The notes under the pieces are model-generated. The model was not told where the DNA came from, did no database searches, and was given only the letters and a program-made list of their open reading frames with translations. Shown here one piece after another: positions 51,101-64,000 of a DNA stretch of 64,000 nucleotides (the first letter of the stretch is position 1; the number at the start of each line of letters is the position of its first letter). Position numbers and translations under genes: made by a program. The DNA comes from Eledone cirrhosa. Taxonomy: Eukaryota. The stretch is from contig OZ024740.1 of assembly GCA_964016885.1 (NCBI GenBank), forward strand, positions 383,594,001 through 383,658,000, read 5' to 3'.

Positions 51101-52160
51101 GGGGTTTTTATCCGTCGTAAATATTCATCCCCTATTTCGTCAATAACACGTAGTATTTCATTATTTGGTTTTTTATTCAACATTGTCACTTTAACACGTT
51201 CAACAAGAGAGATATTTATACATGAGTTAATTTGTCTCTGGAAGATTTCGTTGAGGGAAATTTTTAATTGTTTATACTTTTGATTATCATTATCGATTGC
51301 CTTTCATCCTTACGGGGTCGATAAAATAAAGTAGCAGTAATGCACTGGGTAATTGCTGGCCTTGTGCGTAAAGTAGAAACAATTATCGATAGTATTTTCC
51401 ACAACAGTCGAGGTAGACTTAGATGGTACACGTGGTGTCACATTTATTCGATTATTATTATTATCGATAGTGTTTTCCCCAGCATTCGAGGTAGACTTAG
51501 ATGGTACAGGTGGTGTCAAATTTCTTACAGGCATAGTTGTTTCAAGGCGCTGTTTGACCTGGCTGCTAGAAAGTCTAGTAGCATGGCAACCTGTAGCACG
51601 TGTTGTTGATAACATGTTTGTTGTTGGGGACATACAATTAATAATATTTATCTTACTTTTGCGTTCAACAAACGTCGCTTGTTGGCGTAATTTTCGCTGT
51701 GAAATAATTTAGCTCTGGGTGTATTTCGTCCCAGTGTAGCTTCATTCTATTCATATAGCCAATGGAGGGATTGTTTTTTGCCATTTTATAACAATTAAAT
51801 AAATCATTATTAAGTTCGCAACTCCAAGAGAAATGCGATTTTTAATTTCGGTTTCTTCTGGAGCTACAACTGAATAAAGTTTGATTACCTTCCTTGTCTT
51901 CGGTACTTCCTTAATTTTTTTGTTGATGTTGTGTTCAGCCATGCTGTTTGTAGCAAATCCTTGTAAAATGAATTATGTATTTAGTCGGATATCTCTACGA
52001 ATTCGAATAAAAGTTGTCTTCAGAAGGGATACTTAGAAGATTAACCAGTTAGTCAACCTGACTGTAGTTGCGGCAATACTGTCGGAGATAGTATTCATCT
52101 TAAATTTAATAAATAGTCTCCCACACCAAAATATGCGACTGATCGCGTTGACTGTCTAGT
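48120..52160 (-). mobile_element. Near full-length degenerate R4/Dong RLE element (family B)
   Basis: NYRPIACQN, WLDYRKAFDSV, GIFKGDSLS, FFVDDLK, RHD, RPDIMIWE..VVEISC; 5' end abuts (TACA)n. Confidence 0.9.
51298..51381 (+). mobile_element. 5'-truncated tRNA-SINE inserted in R4-B with a 9-bp TSD
   Basis: SINE body flanked by ATTATCGAT at 51289-51297 and 51382-51390. Confidence 0.75.
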
Positions 52161-52259
52161 ATGTATGTATGTGTGTATGTATGTATGTATGTATGTATGT
52201 ATGTATGTATGTATGTATGTATGTATGTATGTATGTATGTATGTATGTATGTATGTATG
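52160..52259. repeat. (TATG)n / (TACA)n microsatellite between R4-B and R4-A
   Basis: Visible run. Confidence 0.95.
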
Positions 52260-55200
52260 TTTTCTCTTTCTCTTAATTTCGAGTATATTTTTTTGACCGG
52301 CCACCTTCCTGGTGGCAAGATTGTAAAAGAAAAGAAATTGTCATCCCTTGAATCGCAAGAATGTTTTGCAAATTTTGAAGGTGCCAGCTATCGCAGCCAT
52401 TTGCAGACTTTGAATTAGGGAGCTGCGCTTTTTGTCCGCAAATCCAAGTTCAGTCATACTTTGGTCCAAGCGGGTTGGTATATAACCCGTAGCAACAATA
52501 ATGATGGGTATGAAGCTAAAGGTGTATCTTGGATACTGGATTTGTATACTCCTCATCAATTGTCCGTAGATGTCCTCCTTCTCCTGTATTTTTCTGACAA
52601 CGTTTACAATAAGTGGGCAGCTGATCTCCACAACAGAACACGTTTTCAATGTGTGGTCCCAAACTACAATATCAGGCCGGTTGTGCTTTAATTTGGTGGC
52701 AGATTTTATTTTCAGTTTCCACTAGTATTCCTTTGTCTATCTTAGTATATCTGTCTCAATATATTCTTCCTCGTTTGCTGTTAATTTTGTTTTCCGAAGT
52801 GCGTTCCAGATGGTTCTAGCTATCCCATCGTGTCTCATGGGAGGTAGTAGCGAGATGACATTCTTTCGCAGCTGGCAACAATGTGGCTTATATCCTCGAT
52901 CTTTGTTTTACATAGCCTACATTTATTGTCAGCTGCTGTCCCTCCTCTTTTGTGCAGCAGATATTTGGTAGGGAGTTCTTGTTCCTCTATTGCATAGAGA
53001 TATCCCTCAAGGTGTGATGTCATAAACTTGTCGGAACTCCATGCCAGGCTTTTTGAGTGGTTTATCCCCTCTATGGTCTGTGTTTTACGCCTCAAGTATC
53101 CATGCACATCTTTTTCTGTAAATTGGTCAATTTTCTTATCTTGTTTGAACATTGAATAGGATCTTCCGATTTCTCTGGGTGAGAGATTTATATCAGGCTT
53201 TATTCCATATCTCTCCTCCAGATCAGTCGCTATTCTAATGATATTTCTTTTTTCATGCTCATAAACCTGGGCAAGATGGTTGCCAACCTTTTTCCTCTGT
53301 TGAAGGTGTTGCTTCAGTGTTACTATCCGGGTCTCATATGTTGTTAATATTGATTTTTGACCCCGGCCACCTTCCTTGCGTGAGAAGTATAGCCTATCCA
53401 CATCACCATTGATGTTAAAGTTCCCAGTAACACTGAGAAGTTTTCGAGTTCTAACATCCATCTCACTTAGTTCTTGCAATGACCAGTTCAGTAGGCCAAA
53501 TGTTGGCGTTAGAATTGGCACAGCATAAGTATTGTGGCAATGTATTTGTTGTATGCTGACAGTTCTGATGACCATATTTTCTTTACTCTTCTGAGGTATT
53601 CAGTTCTGGTCCTCTCCTTATTTATGGGTCCATCATATCTGACATTCTCATCCTGTCCAAGATATCTGTAGTTGTCACCTGACTGCAGAGGTTGTATTGT
53701 CAGGCCGTTCATCTCTAGATTTGTAGAGGAGGGCACAGCTCTTCCACGTTTTACTGCCAAATATGCACACTTGGACTCACCAAATTTCATTTTGATGTCG
53801 GTTGAAAATTGTGTAATGAGGTCCAATTGTTTCTTGATGTCATTGATATTTGGCCCATACAACTTCAGGTCATCAACAAAGAAAAGATGGGAGATACTTC
53901 TGGGCCCACTTCTTTGTCCACCTTGTTTCCTGAGTAGATAAGATAGTGGATTCAGCGAGAGAACGAAGAGTAGCACTGACAAGCTATCACCCTGAAAGAT
54001 ACTCTTCTGGTAATGTATCTTATCAGTCTTAACCTGCTCCTTCTCACATCTAAGGATCAAATTGGTGTACCAGTTCTTGGTCAGGCGTTCAACAGCAGCT
54101 ACCAATAGTTGTGGGACTTTAGCTAACTGTAAAGCCTTAATAATCTACCCATGAGGTACACTATCGAATGCTTTTTGATAGTCCAGCCACACGACGGTCA
54201 TATTTCTGCGATTCTTTGTTGTTTTTTCCTTAATCATTTTGTTAGTTAGTAGGTGATCTATGCAACCCCACACCTCCCTCTTTCCACCAGCTTGCTCAGG
54301 TGTTATGATGTTGTTGGTAGCACAGTGATCCTGTAAGAATAGGTTAAGGCACCCAGTATATAATTTATACATGATGTTTTGGCAGGCAATTGGGCGGTAA
54401 TTTTTAGCAAGGGTGGTTTGGCTATTTTTGAGAATGAGGAGAGTAGTGGCAGTTGATAACCATCTGGGCAGTTCTTGTGTGCCCTTAATGGTTTCTGTAA
54501 ACAGCCGTATGAGATCTTGCCGATAGAAAGTGAAATTCTTCAATCAGTAACCTGTAATGAGGTCTGGGCCTGGTGATTTCCTATTCGACATTTTCTGTAG
54601 AGCTGTTTCCAGTATTGACCCATCTATGTCATATTGTTTTGTCTGGACATGTTGGCAGTAGTCCTGTTCCAGTTCTTTTAGCCAATTAGCGTGTCTGTTG
54701 AATCCGTCATCCGTTTCCCATACAGATCTCCAGTAGCTCTCAACCTGTTCTTTTGAAGGGGTGTCATTTACAGAGATTGAGCTTTTGCCACCGAAGCTGC
54801 GATAAACTGATTTAGGATATCTGGCAAACAATCTATTTAGCACTTGTCGTTTATGTGCTGTTGTCTTATATTTTAGTCTTTCTGTTGTAGCTGTGAGTTG
54901 TTGTTTCAACTGGTGTAATTTGGAGTTCAAAGTTTTAAATTTTGTATCTCCAAATCGTCTCTCTAACTTTTTCTTTAGGTCATCCTGGTGTCGTGTGAAG
55001 TTGCTCTCTATGTTGCATTTCATAACGACTGCGATGTGTGAGATACTTCGTCTCAGGGACAAAATTTTGGTTTTTAAATTTCGCATCCACGCTGGTTCAG
55101 GCTTTCTGTTTGTATCTTGATTGCGTGGTATCAGATATGTGTTATATGATAGCAATGTGACAGCTGAAACATATAACAAAACATTAAGCGTTTCAAATGT

Positions 55201-56421
55201 CGTTTCTACACCTTTAGATCGTATAGCCTTCAGATAATTGCCAGCTATTTCGTTCACCGCTTCCAATTCCAATTTAGTGGGTTCTTTACTGATTCTGGTG
55301 TTGTATGGTCTGTCACTCACATTAAGGCTGTGTATCTCTTGAAACATATCGTTCCATATCACTTGTAGGGTGTCCACAAGTTTTTGGTGCTCTGTTTGTT
55401 CAGTAGAGTCATGAATTTCAGCCTCGTTGTTGATGCGGTGACAATTACTACTAGAGTCAGCTGACCTTTCTCGCTGTTCTTCAGTGGAAGTGGGATGGAT
55501 TTCAGCAAAATTGTTGGTGAGCTGTTCACTGTTAGATTTAGCTGGCCATTCTCTTTGTCTGTCACTGGAGGTGGGGTGGTTGTCTACAAGGGCTGTATTT
55601 GTAGTATCACTCAATTCCGTTAGATGTATCAATTTACATCTAATGATACGTTTTACCTGTTCATTTAAATGCTTTGGAGAAAAGTTTAATTCTGGGTGTT
55701 TGGAGTTCCATAAAGTTTTTAGCTTTTGCATAAAACCGAACTTTTGGGGTTCAGATTGTTTGTATGCTTCATATAATACTTTGTTAAGCTCGTAGCTCCA
55801 CTGTGTACAACGGTTGTAGTTGCGATTTGGTCGAAGGAGACTTGTACTTTTTGCCATGATGAGTTCGTCTATTCACTAATATTTCGTATTTATTTTTCAA
55901 AATAGTCGATGATCTTCTTTAAAAGTTACGACAAATTTCTGTCAGAATCAAATTTAAAGTTATTCACAGCTTGGGTAATATTTCTTTTCAGTTAGTTTTT
56001 AATTCTACAACTGTGTTTTAAACGTTGTTCTTGAATCGTTTGAATCGAGAACAAAAAGAACCGTTACTTAGTATATTCCTTTATGAAAGTAATATAATAT
56101 AACAACGCGGCAGTTCAAACACTTATATTTTTGTTTCTGAATCGAAAACGTTACTTGTATATTTCTTTATAAATGTAATATAACAACGTTGCATTTATAT
56201 GTTAAAGTGTATGTATCGTTCATATATCATAAGTGTATGTATCGTTCATATAAATAGGTGTTTTACAACACACTTACAGTTCAAACACTTATGTAGAATC
56301 ATTGTATGTAATCTTACCGCGTAATGTAGCTCAACTTTTTCCAATATATGGTATGTTGCCTTCATGTAAGCCGTAATTACACACGTCCGATTATCGGACA
56401 CTAACCACAACGGTCGCCATT
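52260..56421 (-). mobile_element. Full-length R4/Dong RLE element (family A); single ORF 55857-52341 with a few stops and frameshifts
   Basis: N-terminal WSYELN..GFMQKLKTLWNSKHPEL, RT, CCHC and PD..E motifs; TATG arrays at both ends. The 5' end is approximate. Confidence 0.9.
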
Positions 56422-57249
56422 TATGTATGTATGTATGCATGTATGTATGTATGTATGTATGTATGCATTTATGTATGTATGCATGTTTGCATGTATGTGT
56501 ATGTTTGCGTATGTGCTTGTATTTAACGAGTCTCGGCATTCATAGAAGTGAAATTATCAATAAAGGATTTAGGATTTTGGATGCACACACATTTTGTTGA
56601 AGAAGTATAGTCACTTATGCAGTTATTTATATTTCATTATTAACCAATCAATGGACCTCTGTGTATAAAGTCTAAAGTCTTTCACAAGCCCGGAGGCTCA
56701 TCAGGCCGCCGCTTATTCCAGTTTCCGTGACTACGGGGCTCCCCACTGGACAGGACGCCTGCCCTTTGCATAGTTAAACTCTTAACGATTGCTAATACTC
56801 ATTTTCAGCTGAATATACTGGAGCAACGTGAATGAAGTATTGTCCTCAAAATCACACACACATCTACGTCCAGAGATCTTACCCACGACATTATGATCGT
56901 AAGTCCTACACCCTTACCACTAGGCCGTGCCTTTCTATATGGTAGAACTAAAATTGGCCCCTGCAAGAATGGAAACCAGGACGAATGTCATGGGATTAAA
57001 CAACCGCAATATTGTCAACCAGGTTTTTAATGATTCTATGTCATCCTTGAAAATGACTTCTTACGTTAGTTCCAAGTTTTTACATTCTCAACAGAAATGA
57101 TCTATTAACATGTGTGCATGTGTGTGCATGCATTTGCGTGCATTTGCGTGCATGTGTGTGTGCGTGAGTGCATCGTTCCACAATTGCTATTTAATCCCCA
57201 TTTAATTTTCAAAAAGGTTTCCGAGAAACCTGTTCTCACTCTCTACAAG

Positions 57250-60200
57250 AGGAGACGGGGTAGATATAGATGATCAGTGAAGCGAAGACGAGTGCAGTCA
57301 GCGAGAGAAAAGGTTACTAGAAACCCCTGCACAACGACAGCGAAGACTTGATAAACGACCGGAGTTGAGCTGATACACGCAGAGCCCATGATTCAGAAGA
57401 TGGAAAGGGAAAACGGTTAGAAAAGTTACGTCAACAAAATGAAATCTGCAGGAACCAAGAGTCAAAGAAGGAATGAGAACAACGTTTAAGGGATGCAAGA
57501 CAAAGACAAGCTGCCGGATTTGACAATAAGATAATAGGTCAGCGAGAGATTAGATAAAGAAAAAAGCTGGAGCAAATAGTTGCTGCAAGATTTCGCCAAT
57601 CCTTAGCGGAACGCGTAAGCGTCTTGTTCAAAATAGGCTGATTACGTTTGACAAAAGTGTTGCCCTTTTGAAGGGGACTTTCAACGATAACGCAAGACAT
57701 GATTATTCGACAGAGAAATTGATTAGCATTGGAGCAATGTCAAATGAGTGCTGTTTTTGTAAAGTAAAGAAATGGGTAAGAGAACCCACCACTATGTGTT
57801 GTGGTGGTGGAGCGGTTATTTTACCGACGTTTGGTACACCGCCAGATACTTTGAAGGCATTGCTTTTGAGAAACACATCAAGGATCATACACTTCTTGAA
57901 GGACATTAGGAATTATAATTCTGCTTTTCAAATGACCTCGTTTGGTAGCAATAGTGTACGAGAAGAGAAGATGAAGCCAACTTTTAAAGTTCAAGGTCAA
58001 GTATACCATCGTATTGGATCTGTGTTGTGAAATGAAGGCAAAAATCCACAGTTTTATCAATTATATTTCGTAGCAAATTACAAAGAGCTGACTTTGCAAC
58101 GCTCATTTGAACTTCCAAATGTGAAAGAAGAGTTAATATATGATATGCAAGATATGTTGCATGCAAACAATAGCTACACCAGAAGCTTCATGTATGCATT
58201 AGAATGTGCACGGCCCACTGAATACAAGATAGTTATTGATGCAGTCAAAAAGCCTGTTGTCGGAAACAAATGCCGCTACAATGCCCCTGCCGCAAATGAA
58301 GTGGCAGCAATTATTACATGCGAGGAGTATAGGAAGAGATATATTATTATTGAATGAAGAGGAAATAAGATGCAGCGGATAAATGCAACCCACCGATCAC
58401 ATAATGCACTCCAGTATCCATTAATCTGTATATTTGCCCAAGATGAATATCATATTGGTATAAAAAAAAAAAACAGATCTTAAAACAAGTGTTCATGCAC
58501 TAACTTACCATTTCATATTAAGAGAGCAAGACTTCAATATTCTTTATCGTTCAAGTGAGCTCTTCCAGCAATTTGCAGTTGATATATATGCAAAATTGAA
58601 GGAGAAAAGCTTCTTTACATTAGATCACCTCAGAAAGATCTCCGTGCATCAGATTATATTCACCTGAGAGATGCCAACAGTAATGAAGGAGCATTGGCTG
58701 TAATAAAACTGAACAGTTTTGTGTCATTATTCCATCAAGCTTTAAAGGAAGTCCACGGTATATGCATAATCATACCAAATATCCACTTACATATGTCAGA
58801 CACTATGGTCATCCAGACCTCTTCATTACATTTACATGTAACCCAACATGGCACGAAAGAGTGAACTTTATTATCATCATCAAAGATCACTATGATATTA
58901 TAGCTAGGGTATTTAGATGTAATTCATAAAGCTGATGGATCTCCTAAAAAAGGTGAAGTATTTGGACCAGTCAAATGTGACATTTACACAATAAAATGGC
59001 AAACACGAGGTTTGTCACATACCCAGATTTTGATTTGGTTACATGAAAAACTTCGGCCAAATGACATTGATTTATTTATCTCAGCTGAACTGTCTGATCT
59101 ATAATAAGATATATTGCTGCATGAAGTTGTCAAGTCCCTGGTGATTCATGGGCCCTGTGGTTCAATTAATCCATCCTCAACATGCATGAGGGATAATAAT
59201 TGTACCAAAAACTACCCACGTCCCTCTGTACTAGAACCTCGAACTGGAGAAGGTGGCTACCCCGTTTACAGGAGGAGAAAACCTTGGCACGGTGGATTCA
59301 CTTCGAAAATAAAAAAAGAAATTTGCAAGAATTCACCATTGACAAACGATGGATTGTAACCTACTGCCCTCTTCATACAAAAAACTTCCAAAGCCCATAT
59401 CAATGTTGATTTCTGCAACTCTGTTAAGTCTATTAAGTATGTTTGCAAATACATAAACAAAGGTTTAGATGCTGCATCATACACTCCTATGAAGTATGGC
59501 AATCAGCAGATAAATAAAAATGACGAAGTTGCACAGTATGAGAGAGGAAGATACATCAGTAGCAATGAGGCATTTTAGCGCAGTTTCAATTTTTCCATTC
59601 ATTAGAGGCACCCAGCCGTCATTCATCTGAGTATCTATCTAGAGAATGACTAAAGGGCTATCTTTACAAAACAAACGACCTTGTAACAAGCACCTTCTCC
59701 AAAAGAAACTACCCTTACTGCCTTTTTTAAGTTGTATCAAGAAGATGATGATGCAAGAAAATCGCTTTACCTAGAATTGCCCAAGTATTACACTTGGAGA
59801 AACAAAAATGACACAAGAAGAATCGTGGAGTTGAAACTCTTGCAAGAGTTTACAAGCCAAGCAGAACGCTAATAATTACGGCTCCTTTTGCATGAAGTAC
59901 GTGGTCCCAAATCATTCCAAGATCTGAGGAGAGTAAATGGTCCTGTGTGTGAAACATAGGGAAGCATGCTATCAACAACGTTTTTTTAGAAAATGGTGAG
60001 CATTGCAACCTTGCATTGACTGAAGCATCACTGTCAGATTCTCCAAGGAAACTCCCTAACCAATTATGTTGAACATGTGTCAACTTGGCAGTTCCCTACA
60101 GCTTTGAATGAAACATCGTTAAGTCATGGCTGAGGGCTTAAAGTATGCAGTTTAACAGGAAATCTCAGGTATCAATATTCAGTTCTCTGAAAATATTTTC

Positions 60201-61879
60201 AATCAAACACTGATTGAGATTGAGGATCAAGTTTTGGTCATGGGAGGCAAGAATTTGCAAGAGTCTAGTTTTGGAGTGCCAAACACGAATCGGCAAATTA
60301 ATGTTTTAACTTCAAGTGACATAGCAAGAGGGAGACATAATGTCATCACAGTGTTGACTGCATTTCGGAATGTACATGAACCTAAACTTCTTCCAGAACA
60401 ACGCTGTTCATATGATAACATTTTCTTTCTTTATGCTCCAGGTGTCACAGGTAAAACGTTTGTAACAACATTGCTTCTCTCCAAGATAAGGCAACAAAAA
60501 AGAATTGCAGTTGCTGTGGCATCATCTGGCATTGCTGCCACCTTTCTCCTAGTTGGACAAACAGCCTACTCTGCTTTTAGATTACCGCTAAACCTGGTCA
60601 CAATATATAGTCCAATTTGGAACATAATTAATCGTTCAGGTTCAGCAGTAGCATTGGGCCAAAGCCACCTGATCATTTGGGATGAATGCACCATGTCACA
60701 TACAATGGCATTGGAAAATTTGATAAAACCTTACATGACATAAGAGGCAATAATAGATCTATGGGAAGAGTTACATTAGTTTTATCAGTAGACTTCAGAC
60801 AGACATTACCAGTCATTGCGAGAGGAAAAGGAGCTGAAATAAAAGCATGTATTAAGTCTTCGCGGCTATGGAATAAAGTAAAGAAATTTCCCTTCAATAC
60901 TACAAAACAGTTTTCAATCCGACTCCTTCAATTAGAAAATGGGACAGTACCAATTGATGGGAATGGTTATATAAACTTGGCTCATATTGCTATCATGTTG
61001 GATTCACCAACTAAATTGAAAAACAGGGTATTTCCAGACTTAATTACTCATTATAATTCATACAATTGGTAGTGTGAAACGGTAATTCTTGCTAAAAATA
61101 TGAAACAGTATCAAGGATTAAACATGAGCTAATAAATAAAATTCCAACAGTAATTGAGGAATACAAATCTGTTGATTCAGTTATTGATGAAATTCAAGCT
61201 GCCCACTCCCAAACGGAGTTCCTTGATTCTCTTGAACCTCCTGGAAATCCTCCACATAAACTTTTTCTGAAGGTTGGAGTCCCAATAATGTTTCTAAGAA
61301 ATTTAGAACTTCCTAAATTATGCAATAGAACAAGGTTTATTGTGAAGACAGTATCATCTAATGTGATTGAAGTTTCCATCATCATTGGGTGGGCCTCTGG
61401 GGAAGATATTTTCATTCAAGAATTCCAATTAAACCAACGGACATGCCATTCGGATTCAAAGGAAGACAATTCCAAGTGCAATTTTGCTTCGCAATGTCTA
61501 TCAATAAAGCTCAAGGTCAGACTTTGAAATCTACTGGCTTGCACTCAATTGAGCCTTGCTTTTCTCATGGTCAACTTTATGTTGGTTGCTCCAGGGTGGG
61601 TAGTTTACAAGATCTATCTGACTTTGCTCCAAACCAGAAAACAAAGAATGTTTTTGATGCAGAAACTCTTATGTAATTTCCTTCAACATATGATAAAATC
61701 CATCTCCCCTCAAAAAGTGATGAATTTTGTATTTTCATAATTTAGAATTGATTTCATCGTGTATCCCAGTTGAAGAATAAATAGAATTTAGAATAACAAA
61801 TTTCTATACCACATGTTTTGCTTTCTTCTAATATATTAGAACACTTTCACTCCCGGGCAACGCTGGGTGCCTCTGCTAG
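57250..61879 (+). mobile_element. Degenerate autonomous Helitron (RepHel pseudogene)
   Basis: IRNYNSAFQMTSFG, GHPDLFITFTCNPTW, IHGPCG, KYVCKYINKG; Pif1 motifs G.TGKTF, AVASSGIAA, IIWDE, DFRQTLPV, FAMSINKAQGQTL, FSHGQLYV.CSRV. 3' hairpin CCCGGGCAACGCTGGG then CTAG at 61876-61879. The 5' end is uncertain. Confidence 0.92.
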
Positions 61880-63549
61880 CTTTCGCTAATTCCAAACGGG
61901 TGAACTCAAAGTAGAACTCGGCAGAATTTGAAGTTGTCAGCAAACCATCTACTATCACCACACACTCATGACCATTCTTCTTACCAATGTGAAGCTGTAC
62001 TACAAACGTCAAATCCAATAAGAGCTAACGCTGCTCACTGATAACATCAAGCTCACTAACAATGAGCCAACGAGTGAAGCTCTTCGTTGTCAACCTACCT
62101 AAAAATAACAGCTCAATATACCATAAATTACGTGAGTGAGAAATGGCAAGGTTCAGAGGACAGCGTAAGCCTAGGTACTTAACACCCTATGCAAGGTCCA
62201 GTTTCGTCATGGATAGGATGACTATAGAATCAGATCGATTGACACGGAGACAATCAGCAGCAGGTTTAGCAAGAATAAGAGCTGCAGAGTTGTTGTTTAT
62301 ATCCCGCTAGTTTGCTATAATTTATCTACAGGTTTTATCAAATTTCGCCAGGTATTAATGAAAATCCCCTGACCGCATGTTTGTTGAGACTTAAACGTTC
62401 TATCGGTCGAAGTATGTTATTAAAATGCACATTTACGCATGCAGTATGATAATGCACATTGACATATATACGGATACACTTATTAATTCACACACATGAA
62501 ACCAACAGACAAAACTCGTTGACTAAAGCGTTTACGTGACATGGAACGGAAGTTCTTTATTTACTGATAGCCGTTATTCATTATTTGAGTGAGAAAACAC
62601 AGAGAGTTAGAAGGAAAATCAGAAATAAAGAGAAAAAATGTGTGTGTGAGTGAGAGAGAGAAGTTGGGTGCGCGCGAGTCTGTGTGATTGTGTGAAATAC
62701 GGATTGTCTTGTAGTATAGAAAAGGAGGACAGAATGTCATAGAAGAATGGCTAATGAAATTGTTTTATTCATTATATGGAGGTGAGATAAGAGAGTAAGA
62801 GAGGAACAAATACAATGGGGGGGGGGGGAGACAATGAGAATGTGTGTATGTATATGAGTATTTATGTATGCGTGCGTACTGTTACATGCAGCGAACATCC
62901 GAGAATAAGTATGACATTCGCAGTAAGAAGAGTCCAGAAGCCAATTTCAATTTTGAATCTCGGTTGAAGCCAATTCTCTTCAATTACCGCACTAATACCG
63001 TTGTTAAAAGTACAGACGTCATACTGAAATCCTGAGATCTATCCAATATGTAAGAAATTCTTTTTTTTTTTTCCTATAAGCAAATGAACAAACATCAGTT
63101 GAAAAATGAAACAATCCCCCTGTACATATGCGGCAATCTTTATTCCGCTACTGTCCCTCGTCTAAATTATGTTGCACCTTATATCATAGGTAATCTTTTT
63201 TCACTTTCTACAAGGCTAACCTCGTGAGTTGCCATTCCACACAGTTAGTCAACAAACGATTAGGGACACCCATAGACGCTCCATAATGATAAAAGAATCT
63301 AATCATCGCGGGAGTCTCTAATTGATCGCTCGACCTGTTAGATGTTATAAGCAAATAATATCAATAACATCGTCATTACCATTGGATAGTGTATTCGCGA
63401 TCCCAATATATCTGAAATAAAGAGAAATTGTAACATACTAGAATTGTTCGCTCGTACCTGAGTTTGGGCTAAACAACAGCAAGAACAATAACATAGATAG
63501 AGCGATGTTGGCATTTGAATATTCGAATGAATAATACATTGAATAATTT

Positions 63550-64000
63550 ATACATATAAAGTTCTAGTTCCTGTCTGTTTGTTTGTTTGTTTATTCACGA
63601 ACTCCTCCTATGGTTTTTGAGATAGACCTCATAACCATATATATTCTGAAACTACATTGCCCAGGGTACTTGGATAAGTATATTTCATTTTAATCAAAGG
63701 GTTTCCCGGGGGAACACACCCCCGCTGAATATAATTTCCCTTCGATTTATTTGAAATTTAAACGATGGGTAAAGGATAAGATATGATGCCTATTAACAAA
63801 TTTTCAGCAAATTTCAATAATATGAAGACACGCTAATGGGGGTTAAACTCCCTATAGTGACATTTTTGGCCAATAAATGGAAGCAGATGTGGTGTAACAC
63901 GATTGCATGAGAACTTGATTGAAGCAACAATTATATTCGGGGCTTACAACGGTCAAGCTCTTCTCATTCCGAGGATTCCACTTATACCAAGTGATAGCGA
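63550..64000 (+). mobile_element. Second, internally deleted Helitron running off the window
   Basis: AT-rich head with (TTTG)n, then manual translation RLHENLIEATIIFGAYNGQALLIPRIPLIPSD (Pif1 C-terminal IPRIP motif) at ~63900-63995. Confidence 0.65.

Noticed and set aside
52700-54560. Stop-codon recoding in R4-A (stops fall at Trp positions)
   Set aside because: The sister copy at 12-14 kb has TGG at these sites and both TGA and TAG occur, so these are ordinary transitions.

Overview
AT-rich, microsatellite-dense eukaryotic intergenic or intronic DNA. The SINE and RTE repertoire suggests a cephalopod (octopus-like) genome; this is an inference. No host protein-coding gene is evident. The window is almost entirely retroelements: several Penelope-like elements (PLEs; Neptune-, Naiad- and Nematis-like), four R4/Dong-type RLE LINEs tied to (TACA)n arrays (three of them head-to-tail), RTE and CRE remnants, tRNA-derived SINEs and two Helitrons. 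The main unannotated signal, found by manual folding, is a dense set of type I hammerhead ribozyme (HHR) motifs. There are about 18 copies, intact or point-mutated, from about 8 unrelated sequence families, most with palindromic stem III. They include a non-coding ~428-bp tandem HHR unit resembling a non-LTR retrozyme. Three fold-back insertions turn inside a hammerhead stem II. Folds and translations were done by eye, so coordinates may be off by a few bases, and no activity has been tested.
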